A stretch of DNA of 36,277 nt, from contig CAZBPC010000001.1 of assembly GCA_964493715.1 (NCBI GenBank), forward strand, positions 8,006-44,282, written 5' to 3'. Under the pieces are notes generated by a model. The model was not told the origin of the DNA, searched no databases, and was given only the letters and a program-made list of their open reading frames with translations. Source of the DNA: an uncultured archaeon (GTDB lineage: Archaea > Asgardarchaeota > Lokiarchaeia > Sigyniarchaeales > SOKP01). Shown here one piece after another: positions 1 through 9,234 of the stretch; the stretch's first letter is position 1, and each line of letters opens with the position of its first letter. The translations under genes and the position numbers were made by a program.

Positions 1-1659
1 CCAGTTCCTCAACCAAGTTTTCCCCCTCCTCAACCAACACCTATGCGTTCCGTTCCTAGTATGCCCAGCCAAGAAATAGGAACTGCGACCGCAGATTCTT
101 ATCCGAATAAAATCGATGTTTACATGTTACAGAGTCAAAAAGGTGGGATTGTTCTAACTCCCGTTGTAGATGATAACCTTGAAGGCGGAAGGGTTCAATT
201 AAGTGGTACTGTCATTCAACAATTAGGACTTGGGAAGGGCTTGCTTATTGCTTGGGAAGATCCTTTAACTAGATCGATGGGATCAGCTAGGATAGATGAA
301 GCAATCATAAACCCAACAGAAATACGGATGAGTAGGGATACAAGGCAAGATACCAATATTCAATCACAGCAAATAGTGGTATATTCCACCGAACCGCCTA
401 TTCAAAGAGCATCAGAGATCATGCTTGAAGTTCAATCACAACCAAACTTAATGGGATATTGTTTGGTTAATGCACGTACTCAACTCACGCTTTCAATACA
501 CCAAGACGATATTTTATCTTTTGAAGATGAACTCACAGGTGCAATGGGAGCAGGTAAAGTCGAAATTTTAGAGGAAGTCCCTAACAACGTTATTGTTATT
601 GATAGCGAAATCCTTGAAGCTTCAGGGATCGGAAGTTTTGAAGTAAAAATCGCTAAAAATCTTCGACCAATTATACCTCTACAAAATATTTCATTAGGTA
701 TTTCCCCGATAGCCGGAGAAAATATGTGGGAAATCATTTCTACCGCTCGTCAAAACATAGATTCCCTGAAAGGATGGTTAGCAAATTATATTATATTCAA
801 AGGAATTAAATTAAGATGGAATGCCGTGAATATTGCATGCTCCATTCTTAATACAGTTCCCGACTTGACAGGTGATGTATTAGCTCAGATTACAGCAAAT
901 ACCACGATTAATTTGACCCCTACGGGATTAGTACCATTTAATGCCATTTTGATTGTAGATATAAGCCGTTCAATGATGGCACGTGATGTACTTGTTACAA
1001 ACATTGCTCCCGCAATTGAAGGAATCAAAGCAGCAATGGAATCACGGGAAATTCAAGAATTTTTAAAAAATTTTAAACCCGGAATTAATATTCCTCGTAG
1101 GATCGCCGCAGCCTTCGCAGCTGTTCTTTTCTTAAGTGAAAAAGTTGGACGTGGATTTGGTGAAAAAGTAAGCGTCATTCGATTCGCAGATGAAGGTCAG
1201 ATTTTACCTTTTGGTGATGGTTATTACATGGATTCAGCAAGCGGTAAAAAAGGCGTATTGGAAGAGGCTGCTCGAATGATAGTGGACCGTATAGGCAACG
1301 CCTATGGCCAAGCGACTAATATGAGTGATGCAATGGTTAAAGCCCATCAAGTTCTCACTGAATTCGATCGTATGTCGCCAGTGGGTCAATCCCAACCCAC
1401 AATGGTGATCATGTTAACCGATGGCATCCCAACGGATGGAGAAACCTTTTTGCAAACCATTAAATTGTTTGCTGATAATCCCAATGTCGTAATTTACATT
1501 GTTGGTCTCGGAAATCCCGATAGAGATTTAATGATCCGTGCAGCTCAATTATGTGGTGGAGAATACTTTGAACCCGAAGATGCGGGCGAATTATTGGTTT
1601 GGTACTCAAAACGGGCAAGAGATCTCACCGTAAAAATGAAAGCACATAACTATGAATAA
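1..1659 (+). CDS. 5'-truncated protein: Pro-rich linker, two putative CDC48-N-like (double-psi barrel) modules, CDC48_2-like subdomain and C-terminal vWA domain
   Basis: Frame is open from base 1 (PVPQPSFPPPQPTP before the ATG at 43), so the true start is probably outside the window. vWA MIDAS elements: ILIVDISRS (DxSxS), ATNM, IMLTDG, VIYIVGLG. Two similar ~75-aa units (WEDPLTRSMGSARI / FEDELTGAMGAGKV). The CDC48-N call is inference. Confidence 0.75.
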   Translation, partial: PVPQPSFPPPQPTPMRSVPSMPSQEIGTATADSYPNKIDVYMLQSQKGGIVLTPVVDDNLEGGRVQLSGTVIQQLGLGKGLLIAWEDPLTRSMGSARIDEAIINPTEIRMSRDTRQDTNIQSQQIVVYSTEPPIQRASEIMLEVQSQPNLMGYCLVNARTQLTLSIHQDDILSFEDELTGAMGAGKVEILEEVPNNVIVIDSEILEASGIGSFEVKIAKNLRPIIPLQNISLGISPIAGENMWEIISTARQNIDSLKGWLANYIIFKGIKLRWNAVNIACSILNTVPDLTGDVLAQITANTTINLTPTGLVPFNAILIVDISRSMMARDVLVTNIAPAIEGIKAAMESREIQEFLKNFKPGINIPRRIAAAFAAVLFLSEKVGRGFGEKVSVIRFADEGQILPFGDGYYMDSASGKKGVLEEAARMIVDRIGNAYGQATNMSDAMVKAHQVLTEFDRMSPVGQSQPTMVIMLTDGIPTDGETFLQTIKLFADNPNVVIYIVGLGNPDRDLMIRAAQLCGGEYFEPEDAGELLVWYSKRARDLTVKMKAHNYE

Positions 1660-1716
1660 TTAAATTATTTTAAATCGTTTTTATTTTATGGAATAATTAT
1701 TCGAAGTGATTTAATA

Positions 1717-1835
1717 ATGGTTTATACTAATGAAAAACCTCACTATTTAAATTATAATTTATATCTTGAAGAAATATCAATGACCTTATTTCAAGATTGA
1801 CACTTGATGGGAAAATTTCACATTTTTGAATAGCA
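1717..1835 (+). pseudogene. Frameshifted remnant of a GH3 glycosidase N-terminus (paralog or duplicate of the downstream gene)
   Basis: Reads MVYTNEKPHYLNYNL..EE / INDLISRLTLDGKIS / FLNS across two frameshifts. Matches MEDMDEKPRYLNYNLPITERIDDLILRLTLDEKISQFLNN of the ORF at 1912; DNA similarity is visible (gacacttgatg, tttttgaata). Confidence 0.85.
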
Positions 1836-1911
1836 TTATCACAATTTTAAAAAACTTCTTATTTCTAAAATATTTTTATCGCATAAAATAATACTTTCTG
1901 GAACAAGGATT

Positions 1912-4089
1912 ATGGAAGATATGGATGAAAAACCTCGATACCTTAATTATAATTTACCCATTACAGAAAGAATTGATGATCTAATTTTAAGGCTGACACT
2001 TGATGAAAAGATTTCTCAGTTTTTGAATAATGCAATGGCGATTGATCGCTTGAACATTCCTAAATACGATTGGTGGAACGAAGCGCTTCATGGTATCGGT
2101 TTTGCAGGGACTGCTACTATTTTCCCTCAAGCCATAGGACTCGCTGCTAGCTTTGATTTAGAATTGATGAGTGAAGTAGCTAAAGCAATTTCTGATGAAG
2201 GGAGAGCAAAACATCACGAAGCTGTAAGAAATAATCAAAGAAAAATCTACCAAGGTTTAACTTTTTGGTCACCAAATGTAAACATTTTCAGAGATCCACG
2301 TTGGGGGAGGGGTCAGGAAACATACGGAGAGGATCCTCACCTTACTTCTCAAATGGGTGTGACTTTTATCAAGGGCTTACAAGGAGATCATCCAAAATAT
2401 CTAAAATTAGTAGCTACTCCCAAACATTTCGTTGCTTATAGCGGATTAGAGCACGAGAGACACTTTTTTGATGCAAAAGTAGGCAAAAAAGATCTATTCG
2501 AAACATATCTCCCTGCGTTCGAAGCATGTATAAAGGAGGGAAAAGCAGAAGGCATAATGGGTGCATATAATCGCGTAAACGGTGAACCATGTTGTGCGAG
2601 TAAATACTTGCTTCAAGATATATTGCGGGAGAAATGGAAGTTTAAAGGACATGTTGTTTCTGATTGTGGGGCTATTAAGGACATCTACCAAGATCATAAA
2701 GTTGTTAAAACAGGAGCAGAGGCTGCTGCTATGGCAATAAATGCAGGTTGTGATTTAATTTGTAGTTTAGGAATTGCTTTAAAAAAAAATAGGAAAATTA
2801 GATGGGATTGGATAAATAATGCCGTTCAAGAAGGACTTTTGACTGAAGATGTGATTGATAAAGCCTTGAAAAGATTATTCCGTGCAAAATTTTTACTTGG
2901 CATGTTTGATCCTCCCGAAATGGTTCCGTATACTACTATTCCTTATGAAGTAAATGATAGCGAAACGCACAGGCAATTAGCATTACAAGCTGCACGAAAA
3001 TCAATGGTACTTCTTAAAAACGAGGAAAATGTCCTTCCATTAAAGAAAGATATTAAAAAAATGGCCGTGATAGGTCCAACAGCAGAGAACAAAGATGTGC
3101 TACTGGGTAATTATTTTGGGACACCATCGAGATATACTACAATCTTACAAGGAATAAAAGAAAAAGTTACCGGAAAAACTGAGATATATTATGCTGAGGG
3201 GTGTCCCTTAAAAGAAAAATCAGAAGATGGTTTTGGTGAAGCAATTAAAATAGCAAAAGAAGCAGACGTCATTATCATGGTATTAGGAATAAGTCCTCGT
3301 TTAGAAGGGGAAGAAGGACAAGCTATTGAATCCGATTTATTTGGAGATAGAATAGATATTGGTCTTCCAGGTAGTCAAAATTCCTTATTAAAAGTGATTC
3401 ATAATCTAGGAAAACCGATGGTACTAATATTAACCGGTGGGAGTGCGCTATCGTTTGTACAAGCTAAAGAAATGATCCCAGCAATCCTTTTTGCGTGGTA
3501 TCCTGGAGAAGAAGGTGGAAAGGCAGTTGCTGATGTAATTTTTGGGGATTACAATCCTGCTGGTCGATTACCGATAACTTTTTATAAAAATGTAGATCAA
3601 CTTCCTGAAAGTAGAAATTATAATATGAAAGGAAGAACATATCGCTATTTTGAGGGAGATCCATTATATCCCTTCGGTTTTGGATTAAGTTATACGAATT
3701 TTCATTATGAGAATTTGGACATCTCTACTGATAAAGTAAGAATTGGGGAAGATATTCTTATCAGTGTTGAATTAGAAAATACGGGCGGCAATTTTGGCGA
3801 AGAGGTAGTTCAATTATATCTTTCTCACACGTCTTCCAAATATAATGTTCCGATTCGTGAATTAAAAGGATTTAGGAGAATAAAACTTATTAAAAATGAG
3901 AGAAAGGTCGTGAAATTTACATTACACCCGCATGATTATTCCACGGTTGATATGGAAGGAAACAGGATTGTTGATCCGGGAGAAATAATTATTACGATTG
4001 GCGGATCTCAACCGGAATTTAAGGAAAACAACGAAAATTTTGTTAGGGGGACCCTTAATCTTATTGGGAAATCTTTAAAGCTCGATTAA
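1912..4089 (+). CDS. Glycoside hydrolase family 3 (beta-xylosidase/beta-glucosidase) with C-terminal FnIII-like domain, cytoplasmic
   Basis: WWNEALHG, RDPRWGRGQETYGEDP, PKHF, nucleophile VVSDCGA, acid/base EGEE, YPFGFGLSYT, ELKGFRRI. No signal peptide. Confidence 0.95.
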   Translation: MEDMDEKPRYLNYNLPITERIDDLILRLTLDEKISQFLNNAMAIDRLNIPKYDWWNEALHGIGFAGTATIFPQAIGLAASFDLELMSEVAKAISDEGRAKHHEAVRNNQRKIYQGLTFWSPNVNIFRDPRWGRGQETYGEDPHLTSQMGVTFIKGLQGDHPKYLKLVATPKHFVAYSGLEHERHFFDAKVGKKDLFETYLPAFEACIKEGKAEGIMGAYNRVNGEPCCASKYLLQDILREKWKFKGHVVSDCGAIKDIYQDHKVVKTGAEAAAMAINAGCDLICSLGIALKKNRKIRWDWINNAVQEGLLTEDVIDKALKRLFRAKFLLGMFDPPEMVPYTTIPYEVNDSETHRQLALQAARKSMVLLKNEENVLPLKKDIKKMAVIGPTAENKDVLLGNYFGTPSRYTTILQGIKEKVTGKTEIYYAEGCPLKEKSEDGFGEAIKIAKEADVIIMVLGISPRLEGEEGQAIESDLFGDRIDIGLPGSQNSLLKVIHNLGKPMVLILTGGSALSFVQAKEMIPAILFAWYPGEEGGKAVADVIFGDYNPAGRLPITFYKNVDQLPESRNYNMKGRTYRYFEGDPLYPFGFGLSYTNFHYENLDISTDKVRIGEDILISVELENTGGNFGEEVVQLYLSHTSSKYNVPIRELKGFRRIKLIKNERKVVKFTLHPHDYSTVDMEGNRIVDPGEIIITIGGSQPEFKENNENFVRGTLNLIGKSLKLD

Positions 4090-4210
4090 TTTTTTTATCA
4101 AATTTTTTATGAGTAAACTCTTCTTAAATATCTCTTTATATAAAATTTTTATAGTTGGAATTTAATAATAAATATAAAAGTAAAAAAACTGAATAAACTT
4201 CTTGATTACC

Positions 4211-4612
4211 ATGAGAATAAAGAAAATAATAAGTATCGATGAGCGAGGGCGCATTGTGATACCTAAAGAAGCACGGAACGCTCTTGGGATTACTACGAAT
4301 TCACAATTAATGATGATCAGCGATTCAGAAGCAAAGGAAATTCGAATTACTCCAATAGGGCTCTCCGGAGATAAGATCCCAATAAAACTACGGGTCACCA
4401 TGGCAGATATACCGGGAGCACTTGCTCGACTTGCAACATTATTTGGAAATCTGGGATTGAGCATGATGTATAGTGAAGCAGTAATAATTGAAAAAGATAA
4501 AACAGCAGTCTGGACAGTAATTTCGGAAAGGCCTGATAATCTGGATGATTTAAAAGAAGAACTCATGAATCAAGGTGGGGCAATAAAAGTAGAGATACTT
4601 CCCTTAGAATAA
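4211..4612 (+). CDS. AbrB/MazE/SpoVT-family DNA-binding protein fused to an ACT domain
   Basis: IDERGRIVIPKEARNALGI is the AbrB signature; MADIPGALARLATLFGNLGLSM is the ACT signature. ATG at 4211 preferred over TTG at 4202. Confidence 0.85.
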   Translation: MRIKKIISIDERGRIVIPKEARNALGITTNSQLMMISDSEAKEIRITPIGLSGDKIPIKLRVTMADIPGALARLATLFGNLGLSMMYSEAVIIEKDKTAVWTVISERPDNLDDLKEELMNQGGAIKVEILPLE

Positions 4613-4637
4613 ATATTAAAAATTTAGGTACATCTTA

Positions 4638-5366
4638 ATGGCTAAAAAGAAGAAGAAAGATATAAGAAATGATATTGTTTCATCATATTCTCTTGATAAT
4701 GCTCTAAAATCATCTGAAAAAACGGGAGCAGACCTTCAAGGATTATTAAAAGGAGTATCAGAAGATAAAGGATTTATAACTCCTAAAATAGAGGAACAGA
4801 GAGTCGCCCCTCAATTATCGCACGAATCGAAGAAAAAAATAGCTGAAGCATATATACAGGAGGATGTTCCATTAGTTCAGAGGGAAAATGTAGAAAAAAG
4901 TACTGAAGTAAACATAATAAAAACTGCACCTTCTCTAAAAGCAGAAGAGTTGAAACCTCATATTCCAGCAACTGTAATAAAACCTTCTTTTTCTAAAAAA
5001 GATAGTATATATATAAGCTTGGCTGACTTTTTCCAAGAAATGTACAATGGATATAATGTACGTTATGATAGGTGGGAAAATTCAATATCTTCAATATTGA
5101 CTATTTTACGAAAAATGAGGAAAATCACTAAGAAAAATACAGAGGATCTCGTAGAATCTATTACAAACATGCATCATAAGATACAGATTAACTTAGAAAA
5201 TTTTAAAATAAAAAGAGATGAAGTTGAAAAAGTCGCTGGTGTTGATGTAGAATCAATGTCAGGTGAATTCAAAAAGGTTTTGGGATTATTAGAACTGCAA
5301 GTTAAAGAGTATCAACTAAAGAAGTTAACAGATGAATACATTCATTTTCAGCATCTTCTCTCTTGA
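4638..5366 (+). CDS. Hypothetical protein: basic N-terminus, disordered middle, C-terminal coiled-coil/helical region
   Basis: 242-aa ORF, tightly spaced with neighbours. MAKKKKKD start; helical, heptad-like C-terminal ~110 aa. Confidence 0.7.
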   Translation: MAKKKKKDIRNDIVSSYSLDNALKSSEKTGADLQGLLKGVSEDKGFITPKIEEQRVAPQLSHESKKKIAEAYIQEDVPLVQRENVEKSTEVNIIKTAPSLKAEELKPHIPATVIKPSFSKKDSIYISLADFFQEMYNGYNVRYDRWENSISSILTILRKMRKITKKNTEDLVESITNMHHKIQINLENFKIKRDEVEKVAGVDVESMSGEFKKVLGLLELQVKEYQLKKLTDEYIHFQHLLS

Positions 5367-5408
5367 ATTCCTAATTGAATTTTGGAAAAAAAATCAATAC
5401 AATAAATT

Positions 5409-6584
5409 ATGCCATCATCAAGTAAATCGCAAGATCGTCCTTTAATCTTAGATATTGGAAGTAATACTTTTCGAATGGGATGGGCAGGTGATGATTTTCC
5501 TGATATCATTGCTCCAAGCGTTTATGTAGATCTTTCTGATTTTATATTTACATCTGATGTATTAGAGGGATTAGAAGAGATTTATCTTCAGAATTCTGAA
5601 CAAGAATATTTTGTTGGTCATGCTGCTCTAAAATATCAATATATATTAAGGCTTCACGAGTTTAAAAAAGAGAATAATTATAACTTATTATTGAAATTCT
5701 TTTATTATTATTATCAACAACTTGGAATAGAAGAACGATTCCTATTCAAACAACCTTTGATCATTTTAACTTCATTTAACATGTCAGATCTGGAAAAGGA
5801 AAAGTATAAGGAAATATTTCTTGAATCATTAGGATTTCCGGCACTTTTATTTTTATCAGATGACCAAGCAATATTATCAACAATGCAAAAAACAAGTGGC
5901 GTAATTATAAATATTGGTGAAAGTACTACATTAATTTCAACCATATTCCATGGTTTCACTAATATCATGGCTAAGGATGTCTTCCCTATTTCAAGCAAAG
6001 ATTTGACAAATTACATGTTAAATTTGCTCATATCCAAAAAAATTTTTGAAGAAAATCTCTATATTGATGAAAAAATTGCAAATGAAGTAAAAGAGAGATA
6101 TTCTCTTTGTGCTCTCTATCCCGAGGAGGAGATCAAGAAAGTCAAGGAAGGATTGACGAAATATGATAGAATGATTACTTTACCGAATAACTTGAAAGTT
6201 AAAATAAATATTGAGCGAATTCAAGTTTCGGAACCATTATTTGATCCAAAAAAGATCCACATAGATTATATAAGCTTAGCTGAAGCCGTTTCAAAAGTGA
6301 TAAAAGCTTGGGATAGAGAGAATTGGGAAGAATTAATACCAAACATCATCTTAGCAGGAGGGGGGAGTTTGATTCCAGGATTAGCTGAGAGACTTAAGAT
6401 AGAATTGATGAGTTTCTTCTCTGAGAAAATAAAGAATAAAATAAATGTTATCGCTCCTTCTGGTCGTGAAAATATGGGATGGATTGGTGCTTCAATATTA
6501 TATTCTAAAGACCAATTACACAAGGGATGGATTGAAAGTCCAAGAAAGGAACAAAAGCTAGTTACTGAAGAAAAGGAGGAGTAA
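5409..6584 (+). CDS. Divergent eukaryote-like actin-related protein (Asgard Arp-type)
   Basis: LILDIGSNTFRMGWAGDDFPDIIAPS matches actin [24 protein letters not shown]. Also QAILS, ERIQVSEPLFDP, NIILAGGGSLIPGLAERLKIEL, APSGRENMGWIGASIL (actin APPERKYSVWIGGSIL). Confidence 0.93.
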   Translation: MPSSSKSQDRPLILDIGSNTFRMGWAGDDFPDIIAPSVYVDLSDFIFTSDVLEGLEEIYLQNSEQEYFVGHAALKYQYILRLHEFKKENNYNLLLKFFYYYYQQLGIEERFLFKQPLIILTSFNMSDLEKEKYKEIFLESLGFPALLFLSDDQAILSTMQKTSGVIINIGESTTLISTIFHGFTNIMAKDVFPISSKDLTNYMLNLLISKKIFEENLYIDEKIANEVKERYSLCALYPEEEIKKVKEGLTKYDRMITLPNNLKVKINIERIQVSEPLFDPKKIHIDYISLAEAVSKVIKAWDRENWEELIPNIILAGGGSLIPGLAERLKIELMSFFSEKIKNKINVIAPSGRENMGWIGASILYSKDQLHKGWIESPRKEQKLVTEEKEE

Positions 6585-6590
6585 AATGAA

Positions 6591-9176
6591 ATGACGGTAA
6601 GGCTTGATGTGAAAAAACAGTTTTTAAATAAATTTCAAGATTCTGTAATTCAGGCTAGAAAACTACTTCAAGTAGGAAACCATCATTGGGCAGATCGCTT
6701 ATTAACAGAATTATATTTTGAAATAGAAAGAAGTGAATGGTTAGATATCCAGAAAAAGCACCAATTAATAATGATCATTACAAATTCATGGTGGATGTAC
6801 ATAAATTCACTGATGCAATTAAAAACTGAAGAATCTAAAGTTGATATAACCAAATATATTGATGGTTATAAGCGATTTTTCTCTTTTTTATCAAAATTAG
6901 ATAACTTTTATCTTTTCAATAATTTTACAACTAAGTTATTGAAATCTTTCATTGGAATGGAAGAAATCTCTCTTTCTGGCATCACTAAATTCATAAATTC
7001 TTTTTGTGTAAAAGTGAGTGAACGAAAAGAAGATTTAAAATTAGTTGAATTACAAATCCTTCTAATGTATATAAGGAAATCCGTGATCCCTCAAGAATTT
7101 TATCATTTTAGTATGGAAATTATCGGGAGAACTGTTTTTAAACTAGAACCAAGTAAGAGATCCTTATTTTTATATATTCTATTAGAAAATATTAACTTAA
7201 ATTATCAGTTAATGGAAAATTCTGAAGAATTTGTAAGACAGATTAATAAAATTTTGCAAAATAGGCTCCCAAGTTATCTTAAAAATGAATTTAGTAACCT
7301 TAATCGGATCTCTGTCAATGAAAGAAATTTAACAACAATTTTAGGAGATCTTGAAGAATTAATATATTATCTTAATGATATTGGAGAAGCTTCTTGGATT
7401 ACAGTTATAATTAAGAATGTGTTTGAAAAACTAAATAGATTCAAATCATTTGGAGATGCGATTACGTACATCAGAAAATTCATTGATTTTTCGTTAGAAA
7501 GAAATCAATTTGATATTGCATTTGAAATATATGACTATCTCGAAGAGCTCTTTATGGTTCAGACTGATTTGGGATATGACAATATTTTAATTGAGTTGTG
7601 GGTTGAAGCTTCAAAAAAATTTGTAGATATGAAAGAAAAAAGATATTTATTGCAATCTTTAGAAAAGTTGAATACTCACTTAAAGGTTCCGCAAACTAAT
7701 GCTCAAATTTATCATTATTTCTATACATGTAATTTCTTATGGCAATTTAAATCAATCTTTTTTTCTTTAGAACAAAGAGATTTTTGGAGGATGATGTTTT
7801 ATAGAGTTTTATTTGAGGAACAAGATTTTGAATTAGTTAGTAAGATAATTCCTTATTTAGATAAGGATTTGCAGGAGATTATCTCGTTTCCAAAACAACT
7901 TTATAATGATGTTAACTCGTTTATTAGTGATATTTACACATTTGACGATGAACGATTTGCACCAATAATGCTTGAAGAAAATTTTGAAATTAAACAAATG
8001 ATACTGAGAATTGATGCTAATGGATCAATATCATATCGGATGATATCATTACAAGACCAGGTAAATGAAGGAAGAATTTTCAATGAATATTGGAATGACA
8101 CACAAATTATCGAGATATTCAACGATATATTCTCTAATAACCCTGAGAAAACGTTTAATTTTACTTTGATGGATATTGGTAAATTATTATATAATTTCCT
8201 CCCTAGAACAATAAGAAACTTCTTTAAACAGTTTCGGGTAAAGACTTTAAAGGTCGTTCCAGAGATATATTTTATACTTGAGAACATGACAATTCCGTTC
8301 CAGTTAATTTATGATAATAACTTTTTCTTGCTTAAATATTCTATAGGTTACATTATTGGGGAACCTCCTTTAGGAGGAGTATCTTTTGATTATCATACCG
8401 ATACTTCTATTGAAGATATACCTCAAAAGGATATTTCAGTTCTAATTATAGATTGCACTAATTCTGTTAATCCTTTAAAATGGAATGAATCAATAAAGAA
8501 CAAAGAATTAATTTTTCCTTTTCCAACTGGAGCAGAGGAACTCAAGTATATCACTAATTTTTTCAATAATAGGGATGAAGTCAAAGAAATTATAGTTTTA
8601 TCTGGAGAGTATTCTACCAGAAGTCATATTTTGTCCCAATTAGCTAGTAGAAAGCATAATATCATACATTTTGTTGGTAACATCTTTTATTCTAATTGGA
8701 ATCCATATAAGAGCTTTTTTCTAGCTAACAATAATGAAATTGTCACTTTCTATGAAATCAACTCTACTTTGAAATCCCAGAATGGAAATGTCTACCCATT
8801 CCTATTTTTTAATTGTCAACTATTTGATGTTAAGGGAAAAAGGATAAGAAATGCACTAAAAAGGTTTGGAGATATAATGAAGGAATTTGATCATAATTAT
8901 ATTACAGGGATTATTGCTCGAAGCATTCCTATCTTTGATGAAGAAACCCAAGAAATCTCATCCAATTTTTATATAAATTTATTAAAACATTCAAGCCAAG
9001 GATTTGCTCTGCTTAAAGCCCGGCAAGAATGCATGTCGAAGAAAATGACATTTCTTATTGAACAGGAATTACAAGATTTAAAAGAAGATGAAGCTACGAT
9101 TAAAGTTGATTTACAAAATTCACGAGCAATCTCCAGCTTTATTCTATATGGAAAACCTTGGAAAAAATTAAATTAA
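6591..9176 (+). CDS. Large alpha-helical N-terminal region plus C-terminal CHAT (caspase HetF/separase-like) domain, probably catalytically degenerate
   Basis: CHAT-like segments: IGKLLYNFLP, IPFQLIYD..FFLLKYSIG, GAEELKYI, NIIHFVGNI, FLFFNCQ, NFYINLL, ALLKARQ, SFILYGKP (canonical AFVLYGDP). Confidence 0.8.
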   Translation: MTVRLDVKKQFLNKFQDSVIQARKLLQVGNHHWADRLLTELYFEIERSEWLDIQKKHQLIMIITNSWWMYINSLMQLKTEESKVDITKYIDGYKRFFSFLSKLDNFYLFNNFTTKLLKSFIGMEEISLSGITKFINSFCVKVSERKEDLKLVELQILLMYIRKSVIPQEFYHFSMEIIGRTVFKLEPSKRSLFLYILLENINLNYQLMENSEEFVRQINKILQNRLPSYLKNEFSNLNRISVNERNLTTILGDLEELIYYLNDIGEASWITVIIKNVFEKLNRFKSFGDAITYIRKFIDFSLERNQFDIAFEIYDYLEELFMVQTDLGYDNILIELWVEASKKFVDMKEKRYLLQSLEKLNTHLKVPQTNAQIYHYFYTCNFLWQFKSIFFSLEQRDFWRMMFYRVLFEEQDFELVSKIIPYLDKDLQEIISFPKQLYNDVNSFISDIYTFDDERFAPIMLEENFEIKQMILRIDANGSISYRMISLQDQVNEGRIFNEYWNDTQIIEIFNDIFSNNPEKTFNFTLMDIGKLLYNFLPRTIRNFFKQFRVKTLKVVPEIYFILENMTIPFQLIYDNNFFLLKYSIGYIIGEPPLGGVSFDYHTDTSIEDIPQKDISVLIIDCTNSVNPLKWNESIKNKELIFPFPTGAEELKYITNFFNNRDEVKEIIVLSGEYSTRSHILSQLASRKHNIIHFVGNIFYSNWNPYKSFFLANNNEIVTFYEINSTLKSQNGNVYPFLFFNCQLFDVKGKRIRNALKRFGDIMKEFDHNYITGIIARSIPIFDEETQEISSNFYINLLKHSSQGFALLKARQECMSKKMTFLIEQELQDLKEDEATIKVDLQNSRAISSFILYGKPWKKLN

Positions 9177-9234
9177 TATAGTCTAAGTTAAATAGTATAT
9201 CTATTAGATAAATTATAATTAATGTCTAGGTATT

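Noticed and set aside
4211-5366. MazE/AbrB toxin-antitoxin pair
   Set aside because: The AbrB domain is fused to ACT, and the downstream protein shows no PIN, MazF or Doc features.
6591-9176. CRISPR-associated (Craspase) or gasdermin-activating CHAT protease
   Set aside because: No cas genes, array or gasdermin-like ORF in the window, and the catalytic dyad appears broken.
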